From Acutalibacteraceae bacterium (GTDB taxonomy: Bacteria > Bacillota > Clostridia > Oscillospirales > Acutalibacteraceae): a stretch of 64,000 bases of DNA. Shown here in pieces: positions 16,064 through 25,665 of this stretch. Positions within the stretch are counted from its first letter, which is position 1. Every line of letters starts with the position of its first letter. Below the pieces are notes generated by a model that searched no databases, had not been told where the DNA came from, and worked only from the letters and a program-made list of their open reading frames with translations. The translations under genes were made by a program, and so were the position numbers. The stretch lies in NCBI GenBank assembly GCA_045578985.1, contig JAZNLH010000040.1, positions 990 to 64,989 on the forward strand, read 5' to 3'.

Positions 16064-16353
16064 CCACCTCAACGATTCTGTTCCTAAGTGTAGAGGTACA
16101 GAAACAAAAGCTTGTTCCCACCGTTGCGCACTCCACCGCTGCTGCACCCTGCACCATCGCTTTGTGCAATTAACGCACAAACAATATATAAAGCAGGAGA
16201 GGTACTGACCTACCCCGGACAGGTAAAACAAAAGCTGCATACACAACCCTTGTTTTACCTGACCGAGATTGTGCCTCACATAAGACAAAAAAGTTTAACA
16301 TTTTTGCCCTGAGGGCATAATACCCCCACTGCCCCAACCTTATGGTCACAGTA

Positions 16354-16383
16354 ATAATACAATATTTATGCTTAGCTTGTCAA
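16354..16383 (-). promoter_or_regulatory. Candidate sigma-A promoter for the giant-protein operon
   Basis: On the minus strand: TTGACA (complement of 16378-16383), an 18-nt spacer, then TATTAT (complement of 16354-16359). This implies a ~600-nt 5' leader. Confidence 0.45.
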
Positions 16384-17278
16384 GAGTTTTACGGCAAATT
16401 TTGCACTAGTTATATATATTATTTTGTCGTGCGCGCACGCGTGTATGAATTCCTCTAAAAAAACGACTCGAATTCTGTCTTTTTTGGTCTAAAGTAGACA
16501 ATAAAAGGCAACACCAGATAAGTGGATTTTTCTGAGGTTTTTTCCGGTTCGCATTAACATACGCTTATTTTCCGTATCAGTGTACTAAAATGCGTTGAAA
16601 ACTATATGAATCAATCAACCAAGTTGTTGTATTCGTATTTTGTATTTGTTACCGCTTGCTTCGGCACAACAGTATCGGCAACACTTCTCTCATTAGTTCA
16701 AAAGTTTTTGGGATAACATTAACGATACACAAGTCTCTGCTGACCAAGTTGTATTCCACCTTCGCGAATCTCAAAAATCATTTTACCGAGCTTTATGATA
16801 TATTTTTTCAGATTTGTTTGTGCATTTTTCACAACGATATATGTAAAGCTTCTCAACTTTACTTTATACATTTAAATTTCCCAACCCTTTTCATACGATT
16901 TTCTGTGTTTCTATGCGGTTTTAAACAAAAATCAGCTTACTTCTTAAATCCGTTTAAAATGCAACTGTAAAGTTTTTTTGCTTTACTTTTACATTATTCT
17001 CCAGCGTTTGTTATATCAATTTTATAAGTATTTTTTAGTCATTTTGACGAATTGTTTTTTTGAGAAAATCCAAGCTTTTTAAACGCGAAAATATGCTTAA
17101 AAAAAAGACATCCACAAACACTATCTCGTATCGATTTTTTTAACTTGAACATAAAAAAACTGAAAATACACACATCGGGTATCTGTTGATTGATTTCGCA
17201 AAATGCATTATATTTTGCCTGTTGTTTGTAACAAAATGACGAAAAACCGCGTATTGGCATTTTTCAATGAAATTCCAC

Positions 17279-17308
17279 TTGAAATTTGTGCAGTAGTTAA
17301 TGTATAAT
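17279..17308 (+). promoter_or_regulatory. Candidate promoter of xpt
   Basis: TTGAAA (17279-17284), an 18-nt spacer ending in TG, then TATAAT (17303-17308). Confidence 0.4.
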
Positions 17309-17362
17309 TCGAGTGTATTAAGCTTTACAATCGTATTTAGACATACTAAGGAGAATCTCTAT

Positions 17363-17944
17363 ATGAAGCTGCTTGAGGATAAAATTGCAACCGAAGGCAT
17401 TTCCGTCGGAACAGATATACTTAAAGTGGACATGTTTTTGAACCATCAATTAGATGTAAATTTGTTGGACGAAATGGGTAAAGAATTTCACCGCATTTTC
17501 AAGGATTGCGGTGCGACTAAAATAGTTACCATCGAATCTTCAGGTATAGCTATCGCAGTTTTTACCGCAAAATATTTTGATTTACCGGCACTTTTCGCTA
17601 AAAAGGCTCAGCATAAAAACGTCGGCAACGATGTTTACGGTGCAAAGTGTTATTCGTTTACACATGGCAAAGAATACACAATGAATATTTCTAAAAAATA
17701 TCTCCATAAAGGCGATAAAGTGCTCATTATTGACGATTTCATGGCAGGTGGCAATGCCTGCAACGCCTTAATTGATATTATTAACCAGGCTGAAGCCGAG
17801 GTAGTTGGCATCGGCATCGCAATAGAAAAAGGTTTTCAGCCCGGCGGACAAGCTTTGCGCGAAAAGGGCTACAACATCAGGTCATTGGCAATTATCGACA
17901 GCATGAACGATGGCGAAATCACGTTCAGAAGTGATGATTGCTGA
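17363..17944 (+). CDS. xpt: Xanthine phosphoribosyltransferase
   Basis: The start was moved to the ATG at 17363, which has an AAGGAG SD. The sequence MKLLEDKI...DILKVDMFLNHQLD and the PRPP-binding block KVLIIDDFMAGGNA are typical Xpt. Confidence 0.9.
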   Translation: MKLLEDKIATEGISVGTDILKVDMFLNHQLDVNLLDEMGKEFHRIFKDCGATKIVTIESSGIAIAVFTAKYFDLPALFAKKAQHKNVGNDVYGAKCYSFTHGKEYTMNISKKYLHKGDKVLIIDDFMAGGNACNALIDIINQAEAEVVGIGIAIEKGFQPGGQALREKGYNIRSLAIIDSMNDGEITFRSDDC

Positions 17945-17979
17945 CAAATATATCCAAAAAAATATTGGAGGTAAAAGAA

Positions 17980-19230
17980 ATGAAAAAGTTCAACAAAGTT
18001 CTTGCTCTTTGTCTTGCTCTTGTTCTTGTTGTAACTGCTTTTGCAGCTTGCGGCGGAAAAGAAACTGACGAAGGCGAAAAAAAACCCGAGATACTCGGCA
18101 TGAGTGATTCTCCCCTTGCAGCTCCTGAAATCAAAAAGGATTTCGAAATCAAAGAAGGTTTCAAAATCGGTTTCATCTGCTTACACGATGAGAACTCCAC
18201 TTACGACAAAAACTTCCTCAACGCAGCTGATGCTGTAGTTGCAGCACTCGGACTTACCAAGGATCAGTACATCATTAAGAAAAACATTCCCGAAGGTAAC
18301 GAATGCTACGAAGCAGCAAAAGACCTTGTTGACCAGGGTTGCAATATTATTTTCGCTAACTCTTTCGGTCACGAAGACTTCATGCTTAAAGCTGCTAAAG
18401 AATTCAAAGACGTTGAATTCTGCCACGCAACAGGTTTCAAAGCAAGCATCGAAAATCTTCCCAACTACCACAATGCATTTGCTTCTATCTACGAAGGCAG
18501 ATATCTTGCAGGTATCGTTGCAGGTATGAAACTTAACGAAATGATCGCTGACGGCACAATCACTGCAGAACAGGCTAAGATGGGTTACGTAGGTGCTTTC
18601 ACATACGCTGAAGTTATTTCTGGTTACTCTTCTTTCTATCTCGGTGCAAAATCTGTATGTCCTTCAGTTACAATGGATGTTCAGTTTACAGGTTCATGGT
18701 ATGATCCTACATTAGAAAAGAATGCAGCAGAAGCTCTCATTGCTAAAGATTGCGTTCTTATCAGCCAGCACGCTGACTCAATGGGCGCTCCCGGTGCTTG
18801 TGAAGCAGCAGGCGTTCCCAACGTTTCCTATAACGGTAGCACTTATGAATCCTGCCCCGAAACATTCCTTGTTTCTTCTGCTATCAACTGGGCTCCTTAC
18901 TTCAAATACATCATTGAATGTGTAAACACAGACAAGGCTATCGCAACTGACTGGTGTGGCGGTATCGCAGAAGGTTCTGTTGTTCTTACAGGTATCAACC
19001 AGGATGTAGCTGCTGAAGGTACAGTTAAAGCTGTTGAAGATGCTGTTGCAGCATTCAAAGCAGGTACCCTTAAAGTTTTCGATACAAGCAAATTCACCGT
19101 TGGCGGCAAAGCTCTTGAAGATTCTGAAATCGTTTTCGACGGTTATTACCATGAATCAGAAAAGGTTTCTGCTCCTTCATTTGATGTAAACATCGACGGT
19201 ATCACACGTTTGAACGAAAACTTCGGTTAA
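17980..19230 (+). CDS. BMP-family (PnrA/Med-like) ABC transporter substrate-binding lipoprotein, probably nucleoside-binding
   Basis: The start was moved to the ATG at 17980, which has a GGAGG SD. Lipobox LVVTAFAACGG. BMP-family blocks IGFICLHDE, FGHEDF and GYVGAF. Confidence 0.85.
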   Translation: MKKFNKVLALCLALVLVVTAFAACGGKETDEGEKKPEILGMSDSPLAAPEIKKDFEIKEGFKIGFICLHDENSTYDKNFLNAADAVVAALGLTKDQYIIKKNIPEGNECYEAAKDLVDQGCNIIFANSFGHEDFMLKAAKEFKDVEFCHATGFKASIENLPNYHNAFASIYEGRYLAGIVAGMKLNEMIADGTITAEQAKMGYVGAFTYAEVISGYSSFYLGAKSVCPSVTMDVQFTGSWYDPTLEKNAAEALIAKDCVLISQHADSMGAPGACEAAGVPNVSYNGSTYESCPETFLVSSAINWAPYFKYIIECVNTDKAIATDWCGGIAEGSVVLTGINQDVAAEGTVKAVEDAVAAFKAGTLKVFDTSKFTVGGKALEDSEIVFDGYYHESEKVSAPSFDVNIDGITRLNENFG

Positions 19231-19248
19231 TCATTTAAAACTTAAGGA

Positions 19249-19276
19249 TAGGCGGAGTTTTCTCCGCCTATTTCTT
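19249..19276 (+). terminator. Intra-operon hairpin/attenuator after the binding-protein gene
   Basis: TAGGCGGAG-TTTT-CTCCGCCTA followed by TTTCTT. Confidence 0.6.
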
Positions 19277-19342
19277 GGTTTAAAAAATAGTACAAGATGC
19301 TGTAATATTTTTTAAGCTAAGAAATTCGGAGGTGCTGTAAAT

Positions 19343-20881
19343 TTGAATAACCGCGTTGCTCTCGAATGCAGAGGTATAACGAAAACATTCGGTGAAGTTG
19401 TTGCCAATAAAAACGTTAATCTGTGCGTTCATCGTGGGGAAATTCTATCTATTTTGGGCGAAAACGGAAGCGGAAAAACCACCTTAATGAATATGATATC
19501 AGGAATTTACTTTCCTGATGAGGGTAGTATTTTCGTTGATGGCAAGGAAGTCACAATCCGTTCACCAAAGGATGCTTTTAATCTTAAAATCGGCATGATT
19601 CATCAACATTTTAAACTTGTTGATGTTTTTGACGCGACCGAAAATATTGTTTTGGGTATAAGCGGCAAAAAGTTCAATATGAAACTTGCAAACAAGGAAA
19701 TCCGCGAAACCTGTGACAAATACGGCTTTGAGATTGATCTTTCAAAGAAAATTTATGATATGAGCGTGTCTGAAAAGCAGACAGTTGAAATCATAAAAGT
19801 TCTTTACAGGGGCGCCGATATTCTTATCCTTGATGAGCCTACGGCAGTTTTAACCCCTCAGGAAATACAAAAGCTTTTCAATGTTTTGCGCCGTATGCGC
19901 GACGACGGAAAGGCAATCATAATTATCACCCACAAGCTTAACGAGGTGCTTGAAATTTCCGATAAGGTTTCTGTTTTGCGTAAAGGTGAATATGTGGGAA
20001 CAGTTGAAACAAAGGACTCTACCGAACAAAGTCTTACAGAGATGATGGTAGGTGAAAAAATCAGCCTTGATATCAACAGACCAATGCCCCACGATACTGT
20101 GGACAGACTTGTTGTTAAGGGCATAGACTGTTATAACTCCGACGGAGTTAAAGTTCTTGATGACGTATCGTTTGTTGCAAAAAGCGGTGAAATACTTGGT
20201 ATTGCAGGTATTGCCGGTTCAGGTCAGCGAGAACTTCTTGAGGCTATTGCCGGACTCCAGAAAATCAGTGGCGGTGAGGTTATTTACCACGACCCAAAAA
20301 CCAACAACGCTGAAAATTTGCGAAACAAAACGCCTATTGAAATCAAAAACTTAGGTGTGCGCCTTTCTTTCGTACCCGAAGACAGATTGGGTATGGGCCT
20401 GGTTGGTAATATGGGCATCGCAGATAATATGATGCTCAGGAGTTACCGTAAAGGTAAGTCAATGTTCCTTGAACGCAAAGAACCAAAAAAACTCGCTAAT
20501 AAAATTATTGACGAACTTAATGTTGTTACTCCAAATGCCAACACCCCCGTCAGAAGGCTTTCCGGCGGTAATGTTCAGAAAGTTCTTGTAGGCCGTGAAA
20601 TCGCCGCTTCACCCACAGTGCTTATGGCGGCTTATCCCGTACGCGGTCTCGATATTAACTCTTCTTACACAATTTATAACCTTCTTACCAAACAAAAAGA
20701 AGAAGGTGTTGCAGTTATTTTTGTTGGCGAAGACCTTGATGTTCTTCTTGATTTGTGCGACAGAATACTTGTTATCAGCGGCGGCAGAGTTACAGGTATT
20801 CTTGACGGCAGAACAGCTAAAAAAGAAGAAATCGGTATACTTATGACGAAATCTACCACAACTAAAAAGGAGGGTAATTGA
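19343..20881 (+). CDS. ABC transporter ATP-binding protein with two fused ATPase domains (BMP-type nucleoside/sugar importer)
   Basis: TTG start. Walker A motifs GENGSGKTT and GIAGSGQRE, signature LSGGNVQK and Walker B ILILDEP. Confidence 0.9.
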   Translation: MNNRVALECRGITKTFGEVVANKNVNLCVHRGEILSILGENGSGKTTLMNMISGIYFPDEGSIFVDGKEVTIRSPKDAFNLKIGMIHQHFKLVDVFDATENIVLGISGKKFNMKLANKEIRETCDKYGFEIDLSKKIYDMSVSEKQTVEIIKVLYRGADILILDEPTAVLTPQEIQKLFNVLRRMRDDGKAIIIITHKLNEVLEISDKVSVLRKGEYVGTVETKDSTEQSLTEMMVGEKISLDINRPMPHDTVDRLVVKGIDCYNSDGVKVLDDVSFVAKSGEILGIAGIAGSGQRELLEAIAGLQKISGGEVIYHDPKTNNAENLRNKTPIEIKNLGVRLSFVPEDRLGMGLVGNMGIADNMMLRSYRKGKSMFLERKEPKKLANKIIDELNVVTPNANTPVRRLSGGNVQKVLVGREIAASPTVLMAAYPVRGLDINSSYTIYNLLTKQKEEGVAVIFVGEDLDVLLDLCDRILVISGGRVTGILDGRTAKKEEIGILMTKSTTTKKEGN

Positions 20882-21975
20882 TGGCTAAAACAGAAAATAA
20901 AGTTCACACCCCTCTTTTTCACATAGTTAAAAGAGAACCTCTTCCGTTCTGGCGTGCTTTAGGAATACGCGTTGCAGCGGTCGTTGCTGCACTTATTGTG
21001 TCAGCTCTGGTAATTACAGTTTTATCGAAACAAAATCCTTTAGAGGTTTACAAATCAATGTTTGAGGGTTCATTCGGTTCAACAGTAAGAATATGGAACC
21101 TCCTTCAGAACCTGGCAATGTTGCTTTGCGTTTCACTGGTTGTTACGCCGGCTTTCAAAATGAAGTTCTGGAACATCGGTGCTGAAGGTCAGGTCCTTAT
21201 AAGCGGACTTGCTACAATAGCTTGTATGTTCTTCTTAGGCGGCAAAATACGCCTTCCCTTTCTTTTGGTCGTAATGCTCGGTGCAAGTATTCTTGCAGGT
21301 GTTATCTGGGCTTTACTTCCCGCTATTTCAAAGGCTTTATGGAACACTAACGAAACCTTGTTCACCCTTATGATGAACTACATTGCTATACAGCTTGTTG
21401 CTTATTTCCTTAAACGTTATGTTAAAAGCGGTTCCGGCGTTTTAGAGCCTATGCCTCAATATGGCTTACCTGTAATAGGCGATATGGATTACCTGCTCAG
21501 TATTATCGTGGTTTTAGTTTTGACTGTTGTCGTTTATATCTATTTAAAACACAGCAAACAAGGTTATGAAATTTCTGTTGTGGGTGAAAGTGTTAATACC
21601 GCTAAATACATCGGTATAAACGTAAAAAAAGTAATTATAAGAACCTTGGCTATATCCGGTGCAATTGCCGGTGTTGCAGGATTTTTGCTTGTAGGCGGTA
21701 TTAACCACACCATAAGCACCACAACCGTAGGCGGCAGAGGATTTACCGCCATTATGGTTTCCTGGCTGGCTAAATTCAATCCCTTACTTATGATAATAAC
21801 TTCGTTCATCATTGTGTTTATGGAACGCGGTGCAGAACAAATCAGTTCCGACTTTGATGTTGACCCATCAATTTCAGATATCTTGACCGGTATTATTCTC
21901 TTCTTTATTATCGGTTGTGAATTCTTCCTCCAGTACAAAATTGTATTTAACAAACACAGAAAGGAGGAAGCATAA
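20878..21975 (+). CDS. ABC transporter permease (BMP-type system)
   Basis: 365-aa polytopic membrane protein. Its start overlaps the ATPase stop by 4 nt (ATGA). Confidence 0.85.
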   Translation: MMAKTENKVHTPLFHIVKREPLPFWRALGIRVAAVVAALIVSALVITVLSKQNPLEVYKSMFEGSFGSTVRIWNLLQNLAMLLCVSLVVTPAFKMKFWNIGAEGQVLISGLATIACMFFLGGKIRLPFLLVVMLGASILAGVIWALLPAISKALWNTNETLFTLMMNYIAIQLVAYFLKRYVKSGSGVLEPMPQYGLPVIGDMDYLLSIIVVLVLTVVVYIYLKHSKQGYEISVVGESVNTAKYIGINVKKVIIRTLAISGAIAGVAGFLLVGGINHTISTTTVGGRGFTAIMVSWLAKFNPLLMIITSFIIVFMERGAEQISSDFDVDPSISDILTGIILFFIIGCEFFLQYKIVFNKHRKEEA

Positions 21976-22922
21976 TGTTATCCTTTCTTGTTAGTGCCAT
22001 TCGTTTGGGAATGACCTTCCTTTTAGGCTCCACCGGTGAAACCATCACCGAAAAAGTCGGTCACCTTAACCTGGGAACGCCCGGTGTTATGTGTGTGGGT
22101 GCTGCTTGCGGTTGCTTTACAGAGTACCTTTATCTCTCACAAACGGGACTTTACGCTAACCCTGTTTTAGCTGTTTTAATCCCCGTTTTAGCGGCATTTA
22201 CAGGCAGTGCTTTAATGGGTTTGTTATTCAGTTTTATGACAGTTACCCTCAGGGTAAATCAAAACGTTACAGGTCTTGCACTTACCACATTCGGTGTTGG
22301 TGTTTCCGACTATATCATTTCCCAAACCGGCTTAGCTTACCAAAGAGGCTCTAAATTTTTCAATGCATCTTTGCCTTTTGCAGAGGATTTAGGTTGGTTC
22401 GGTGAATTATTCCTTTCACACGGATTTTTAATCTATTTCGCTATAGTTATCGCCTTGCTTACAACTTTTGTTTTCAACAAAACAAAAATTGGTCTCCACC
22501 TTCGTGCAATCGGCGAAAATCCTGCAACAGCAGATGCTGCGGGTATAAACGTCTCCGCATATAAATACATTGCAACCTGTATCGGTTGCGGTATTTCAGG
22601 TTTAGGCGGTCTTTCATTTATTATGAACTACCTTAACGGCAACTGGGAATACTGCATTGATGCCATAGGTTGGTTGGCAATAGCCCTTGTTATTTTCACT
22701 GTCTGGAAGCCGAATCTCGCAATTATCGGCTCAATTGTTTTCGGTGCACTTTACATTGCAAGTACTTATATCAAAGGATTTTCAATTCACGATAACGAGA
22801 TACTTAAAATGCTTCCCTACATCGTAACAATTATAGTTCTTCTCATTACAAGCATCAGAAGTAAAAAGAAAAACCAGCCTCCCCAGAGTCTCGGTTTATC
22901 ATACTTCCGCGAAGAAAGATAA
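21975..22922 (+). CDS. ABC transporter permease (second subunit)
   Basis: 315-aa polytopic membrane protein. Its start overlaps the previous stop. Confidence 0.85.
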   Translation: MLSFLVSAIRLGMTFLLGSTGETITEKVGHLNLGTPGVMCVGAACGCFTEYLYLSQTGLYANPVLAVLIPVLAAFTGSALMGLLFSFMTVTLRVNQNVTGLALTTFGVGVSDYIISQTGLAYQRGSKFFNASLPFAEDLGWFGELFLSHGFLIYFAIVIALLTTFVFNKTKIGLHLRAIGENPATADAAGINVSAYKYIATCIGCGISGLGGLSFIMNYLNGNWEYCIDAIGWLAIALVIFTVWKPNLAIIGSIVFGALYIASTYIKGFSIHDNEILKMLPYIVTIIVLLITSIRSKKKNQPPQSLGLSYFREER

Positions 22923-22935
22923 AAGACAAAACGCA

Positions 22936-22972
22936 AAAACCCCCGATTATCATCTGATAATCGGGGGTTTTC
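22936..22972. terminator. Bidirectional intrinsic terminator
   Basis: AAAACCCCCGATTATC / GATAATCGGGGGTTTT is a perfect 16-bp stem between convergent genes. Confidence 0.85.
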
Positions 22973-22979
22973 AATTAAT

Positions 22980-24596
22980 TTAGTTTGAGCTACACTCAAA
23001 TTTACTTTTTATTCCGTCTCGGTTGTATGCACTCATTCTGAAACCACACATAGCTTTTACAGTGTAAACATATGTTACGCCTTCTTTGACGTCTGTGTCA
23101 TAATAAGTTGTATCTTTTACATCAGCAATCTGTTTCCAATACTTTGCACCTTCGACCTTACGATAAACGTAATAATTAAGCGCACCGTCTACATTACCCC
23201 ATTCCAGCGTAATACCATCAGCGGTGTTTTTCGCAGCTTTTAATTCCGGTGTAAAAAGACTTTTTACCAAAACTCCGTCAATATCATAACTGCTGAGGAA
23301 TCCGTTATTAAGAGCTCTTATGGTATATGTGTAGTACACACCGCCTTTTACGTTCACATCAGTATATTCATTAGTGCTTACAGTATCAATAAGCCTCCAA
23401 TTTTTTTCACCGGCTGCTTTGCGATATACTCTATATGAATTTGCACCATTAATGCTGTTCCAACTAACCTTAACACCATCATTAACGTTAATTCCATAAG
23501 CTATTTCAGGTGTATCCAGATATTTTATTGTGATGCCGGCAGCATCGTATCCACTAAGAACATAACCGGAAAAAGCTCTTATTCTATAACAATAAGTGTT
23601 TCCGCTTGAAACGTTTTTATCTATATAACTTGTAGAGTTGCCGTTTCTTACAGATGTGTACCATGCCCATTTACCATTATTCACTTTACGATAAAGGTAA
23701 TAGCCACTTGAAGCGCTGTTTTTATTCCATGTAAGCTTGACACCATCCGCTGCATTATAAACGGATTTGAAGTCAGCAGGACTTAAAAACTTAACTGAAA
23801 CACCTGCATAATAAGGACTTAGAACTTTTCCTTTACAAGCTCTTACAGTGTAAATATACTCTTGACCATTTTTAGCAGTGGTATCCACATAACTGTTATT
23901 AACCACACTTTTGATATAATACCATGAGCCATTGGGAACTTTTCTGTAAACATTGTAATATGATGCTTTATCTATAGCATTCCATTTTAAACTGACACCG
24001 TTTTCAAGGTTCGCCGTAGATTCAATTTTAGGAGCTTTTACTGATGTTTTAGCACCAAAAAGAGTTTCTGAATCATACATTCTGATAGAATACATAGTCC
24101 AGTTATCAGTTCCACAATGAGAATAAGTATATGTCTGCTTATAACCATTGTGAGCTTTATTGTGTGCATAGTCCTGAACGTAACCATTACTGTTTGCGCC
24201 ATTGCATATTACAACATGTTCAAAACTACCACAGGAATTACAATAATAAAAAATCGGGTCACCTTTTTCAACTTTGCCTACATTATCCGACATTTTTATA
24301 CAACCGCTTCTGCCGTTTGTAAGTTTCAGTTTATAAAGTTTACCATAGCCTTTATCAAGAATTTCATTGTAAAGTGTAACAACTCTTGTGCTGTGTGCTT
24401 CAACGCCACCTGCATTTAAACATTTTGAAACGTATTCTGCGCAAAGTCCTACGCCGCTGTTCCAATTGTCATCAGCATACTCAAGTGCTGCATCACAATC
24501 ATAATTATAAGCTGCTGATGCTTTAACATTTACCAAGAAAATAACGCCTAAAGTAATCACTAACGTAAACAACGAAGAAAGTAATCGTTTTGTCAT
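22980..24596 (-). CDS. Secreted putative amidase-domain protein followed by four FN3-like ~90-aa repeats
   Basis: The start was moved to the ATG at 24596, which has a GGAGGAG SD. Signal peptide ...NVKASA. The N-domain with LCAEYVSKCLNAGG ... FEHVVICNG looks like a papain/NlpC-type amidase domain. Repeats are marked by Y[YN]VYRK...W...Y.D..V..G..Y.Y.VRA. Confidence 0.6.
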   Translation of the reverse strand: MTKRLLSSLFTLVITLGVIFLVNVKASAAYNYDCDAALEYADDNWNSGVGLCAEYVSKCLNAGGVEAHSTRVVTLYNEILDKGYGKLYKLKLTNGRSGCIKMSDNVGKVEKGDPIFYYCNSCGSFEHVVICNGANSNGYVQDYAHNKAHNGYKQTYTYSHCGTDNWTMYSIRMYDSETLFGAKTSVKAPKIESTANLENGVSLKWNAIDKASYYNVYRKVPNGSWYYIKSVVNNSYVDTTAKNGQEYIYTVRACKGKVLSPYYAGVSVKFLSPADFKSVYNAADGVKLTWNKNSASSGYYLYRKVNNGKWAWYTSVRNGNSTSYIDKNVSSGNTYCYRIRAFSGYVLSGYDAAGITIKYLDTPEIAYGINVNDGVKVSWNSINGANSYRVYRKAAGEKNWRLIDTVSTNEYTDVNVKGGVYYTYTIRALNNGFLSSYDIDGVLVKSLFTPELKAAKNTADGITLEWGNVDGALNYYVYRKVEGAKYWKQIADVKDTTYYDTDVKEGVTYVYTVKAMCGFRMSAYNRDGIKSKFECSSN

Positions 24597-24689
24597 ATTC
24601 TCCTCCAAAAAGGTTACAATTTGTAATCAGCGGGGTTGATTATAACTCTAAAACTATATTTTGTCAACCCCTAATCCCTTTTTTAGGAA

Positions 24690-24740
24690 ATAATAAAACA
24701 GAATGGTTTCAAAATCTGAAACCATTCTGTAATTTTTTGT
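24690..24740. terminator. Bidirectional intrinsic terminator downstream of plsC
   Basis: ACAGAATGGTTTCA (24698-24711) / TGAAACCATTCTGT (24717-24730), flanked by A-rich and T-rich runs. Confidence 0.8.
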
Positions 24741-24759
24741 TTTATTTTTCCGATGTTTG

Positions 24760-25494
24760 TTAGGTTCCCTCACGTTGCCTTTCTCTCTCGTTTATTATAA
24801 GTTCACGTATTTGTTCAGGCATTTTAAAGAATTCTTCTTCCGTAAGACCTCTTGTATCAATCGGGTCAAGAAATGTTACAGAAATTTCACCTGCAGTAAT
24901 GTTTCCGGTTTCTTCAAGGCATTCTCTTGTACCTTCAAGAAGAACAGGAACAACTTTGGCGCCTGTTTCCATAGCAATTTTCATAGCTCCACCCTTAAAT
25001 ACACCGAGTTCGCCTGTTTTTGAACGAGTTCCTTCAGGGAAAACAACGATGCTTCTTCCGTTTTTCACCATTTCAATTGCATCATGAAGGGATGAACGTG
25101 CTTTATCCTTGTTGTTTCGGTCAACAAACACACAATCCATTACATCCATCCAATCCTTTATAAGAGGAAGTGAACGTAATTCTTTTTTGGCTATAAAAAT
25201 CGGAGGCTGAGGTGTATTAAGAATAATTGCAGGAATATCGAACGCTCCTGAGTGATTGGGTGTATAAATTATAGGCTCATTTTGCGGAATTTTCTCCTTA
25301 CCTTTTACTGCAAATGTTACACCTGCGAAATCAATAAGCGGATTAAGCCAATCATAAAGTTTCTTATCTACAAATGACTTGTACTCTTCCCAAGTTCCTT
25401 TTTCTTTTAATTTTTTTGCTTGTCTGAGTGCGGGATTACATTTAATAAGGGATGTAATAAACTTTGTACCCCACTTTAATGTATGTGTGTTCAT
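24760..25494 (-). CDS. plsC: 1-acyl-sn-glycerol-3-phosphate acyltransferase
   Basis: HX4D motif NHSGAFD and FPEGTRS. Confidence 0.85.
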   Translation of the reverse strand: MNTHTLKWGTKFITSLIKCNPALRQAKKLKEKGTWEEYKSFVDKKLYDWLNPLIDFAGVTFAVKGKEKIPQNEPIIYTPNHSGAFDIPAIILNTPQPPIFIAKKELRSLPLIKDWMDVMDCVFVDRNNKDKARSSLHDAIEMVKNGRSIVVFPEGTRSKTGELGVFKGGAMKIAMETGAKVVPVLLEGTRECLEETGNITAGEISVTFLDPIDTRGLTEEEFFKMPEQIRELIINERERQREGT

Positions 25495-25665
25495 GATTTT
25501 CTCCTTTTCATAAACATATAAAAGAGTTTTGCAACGAAAAACATTTTAGCACAGCCATTTAAAAATTCAAGTCGAATTTACAAATAACACACTTTTTGTT
25601 GAAGAAAAAATAAATATGTGTTAAAATTTATACGTATTTTCTTTAGAAATAAGGGGGTAACGTTT

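Noticed and set aside
15739-16312. Five overlapping 66-88-aa ORFs on both strands
   Set aside because: They mutually overlap and lack SDs. They have Ala/Arg/Cys/Pro-rich junk composition, driven by local GC enrichment. I interpret the region as a non-coding leader or RNA region.
16719-16871. 50-codon minus-strand ORF as a real gene
   Set aside because: It has a weak or absent SD and no recognisable family. The downstream sequence continues protein-like in another frame, so it is more likely a decayed pseudogene fragment. I kept it only as a note in the gene-desert finding.
17039-17362. Purine (guanine/xanthine) riboswitch expected upstream of xpt
   Set aside because: I could not find the conserved junction and loop elements (the UAUAAU...GGAUAUGG...UUUCUACC...GUAAAU...ACUAUG pattern). 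The region seems to hold only a promoter-like TTGAAA-18-TATAAT. An Infernal scan would settle it.
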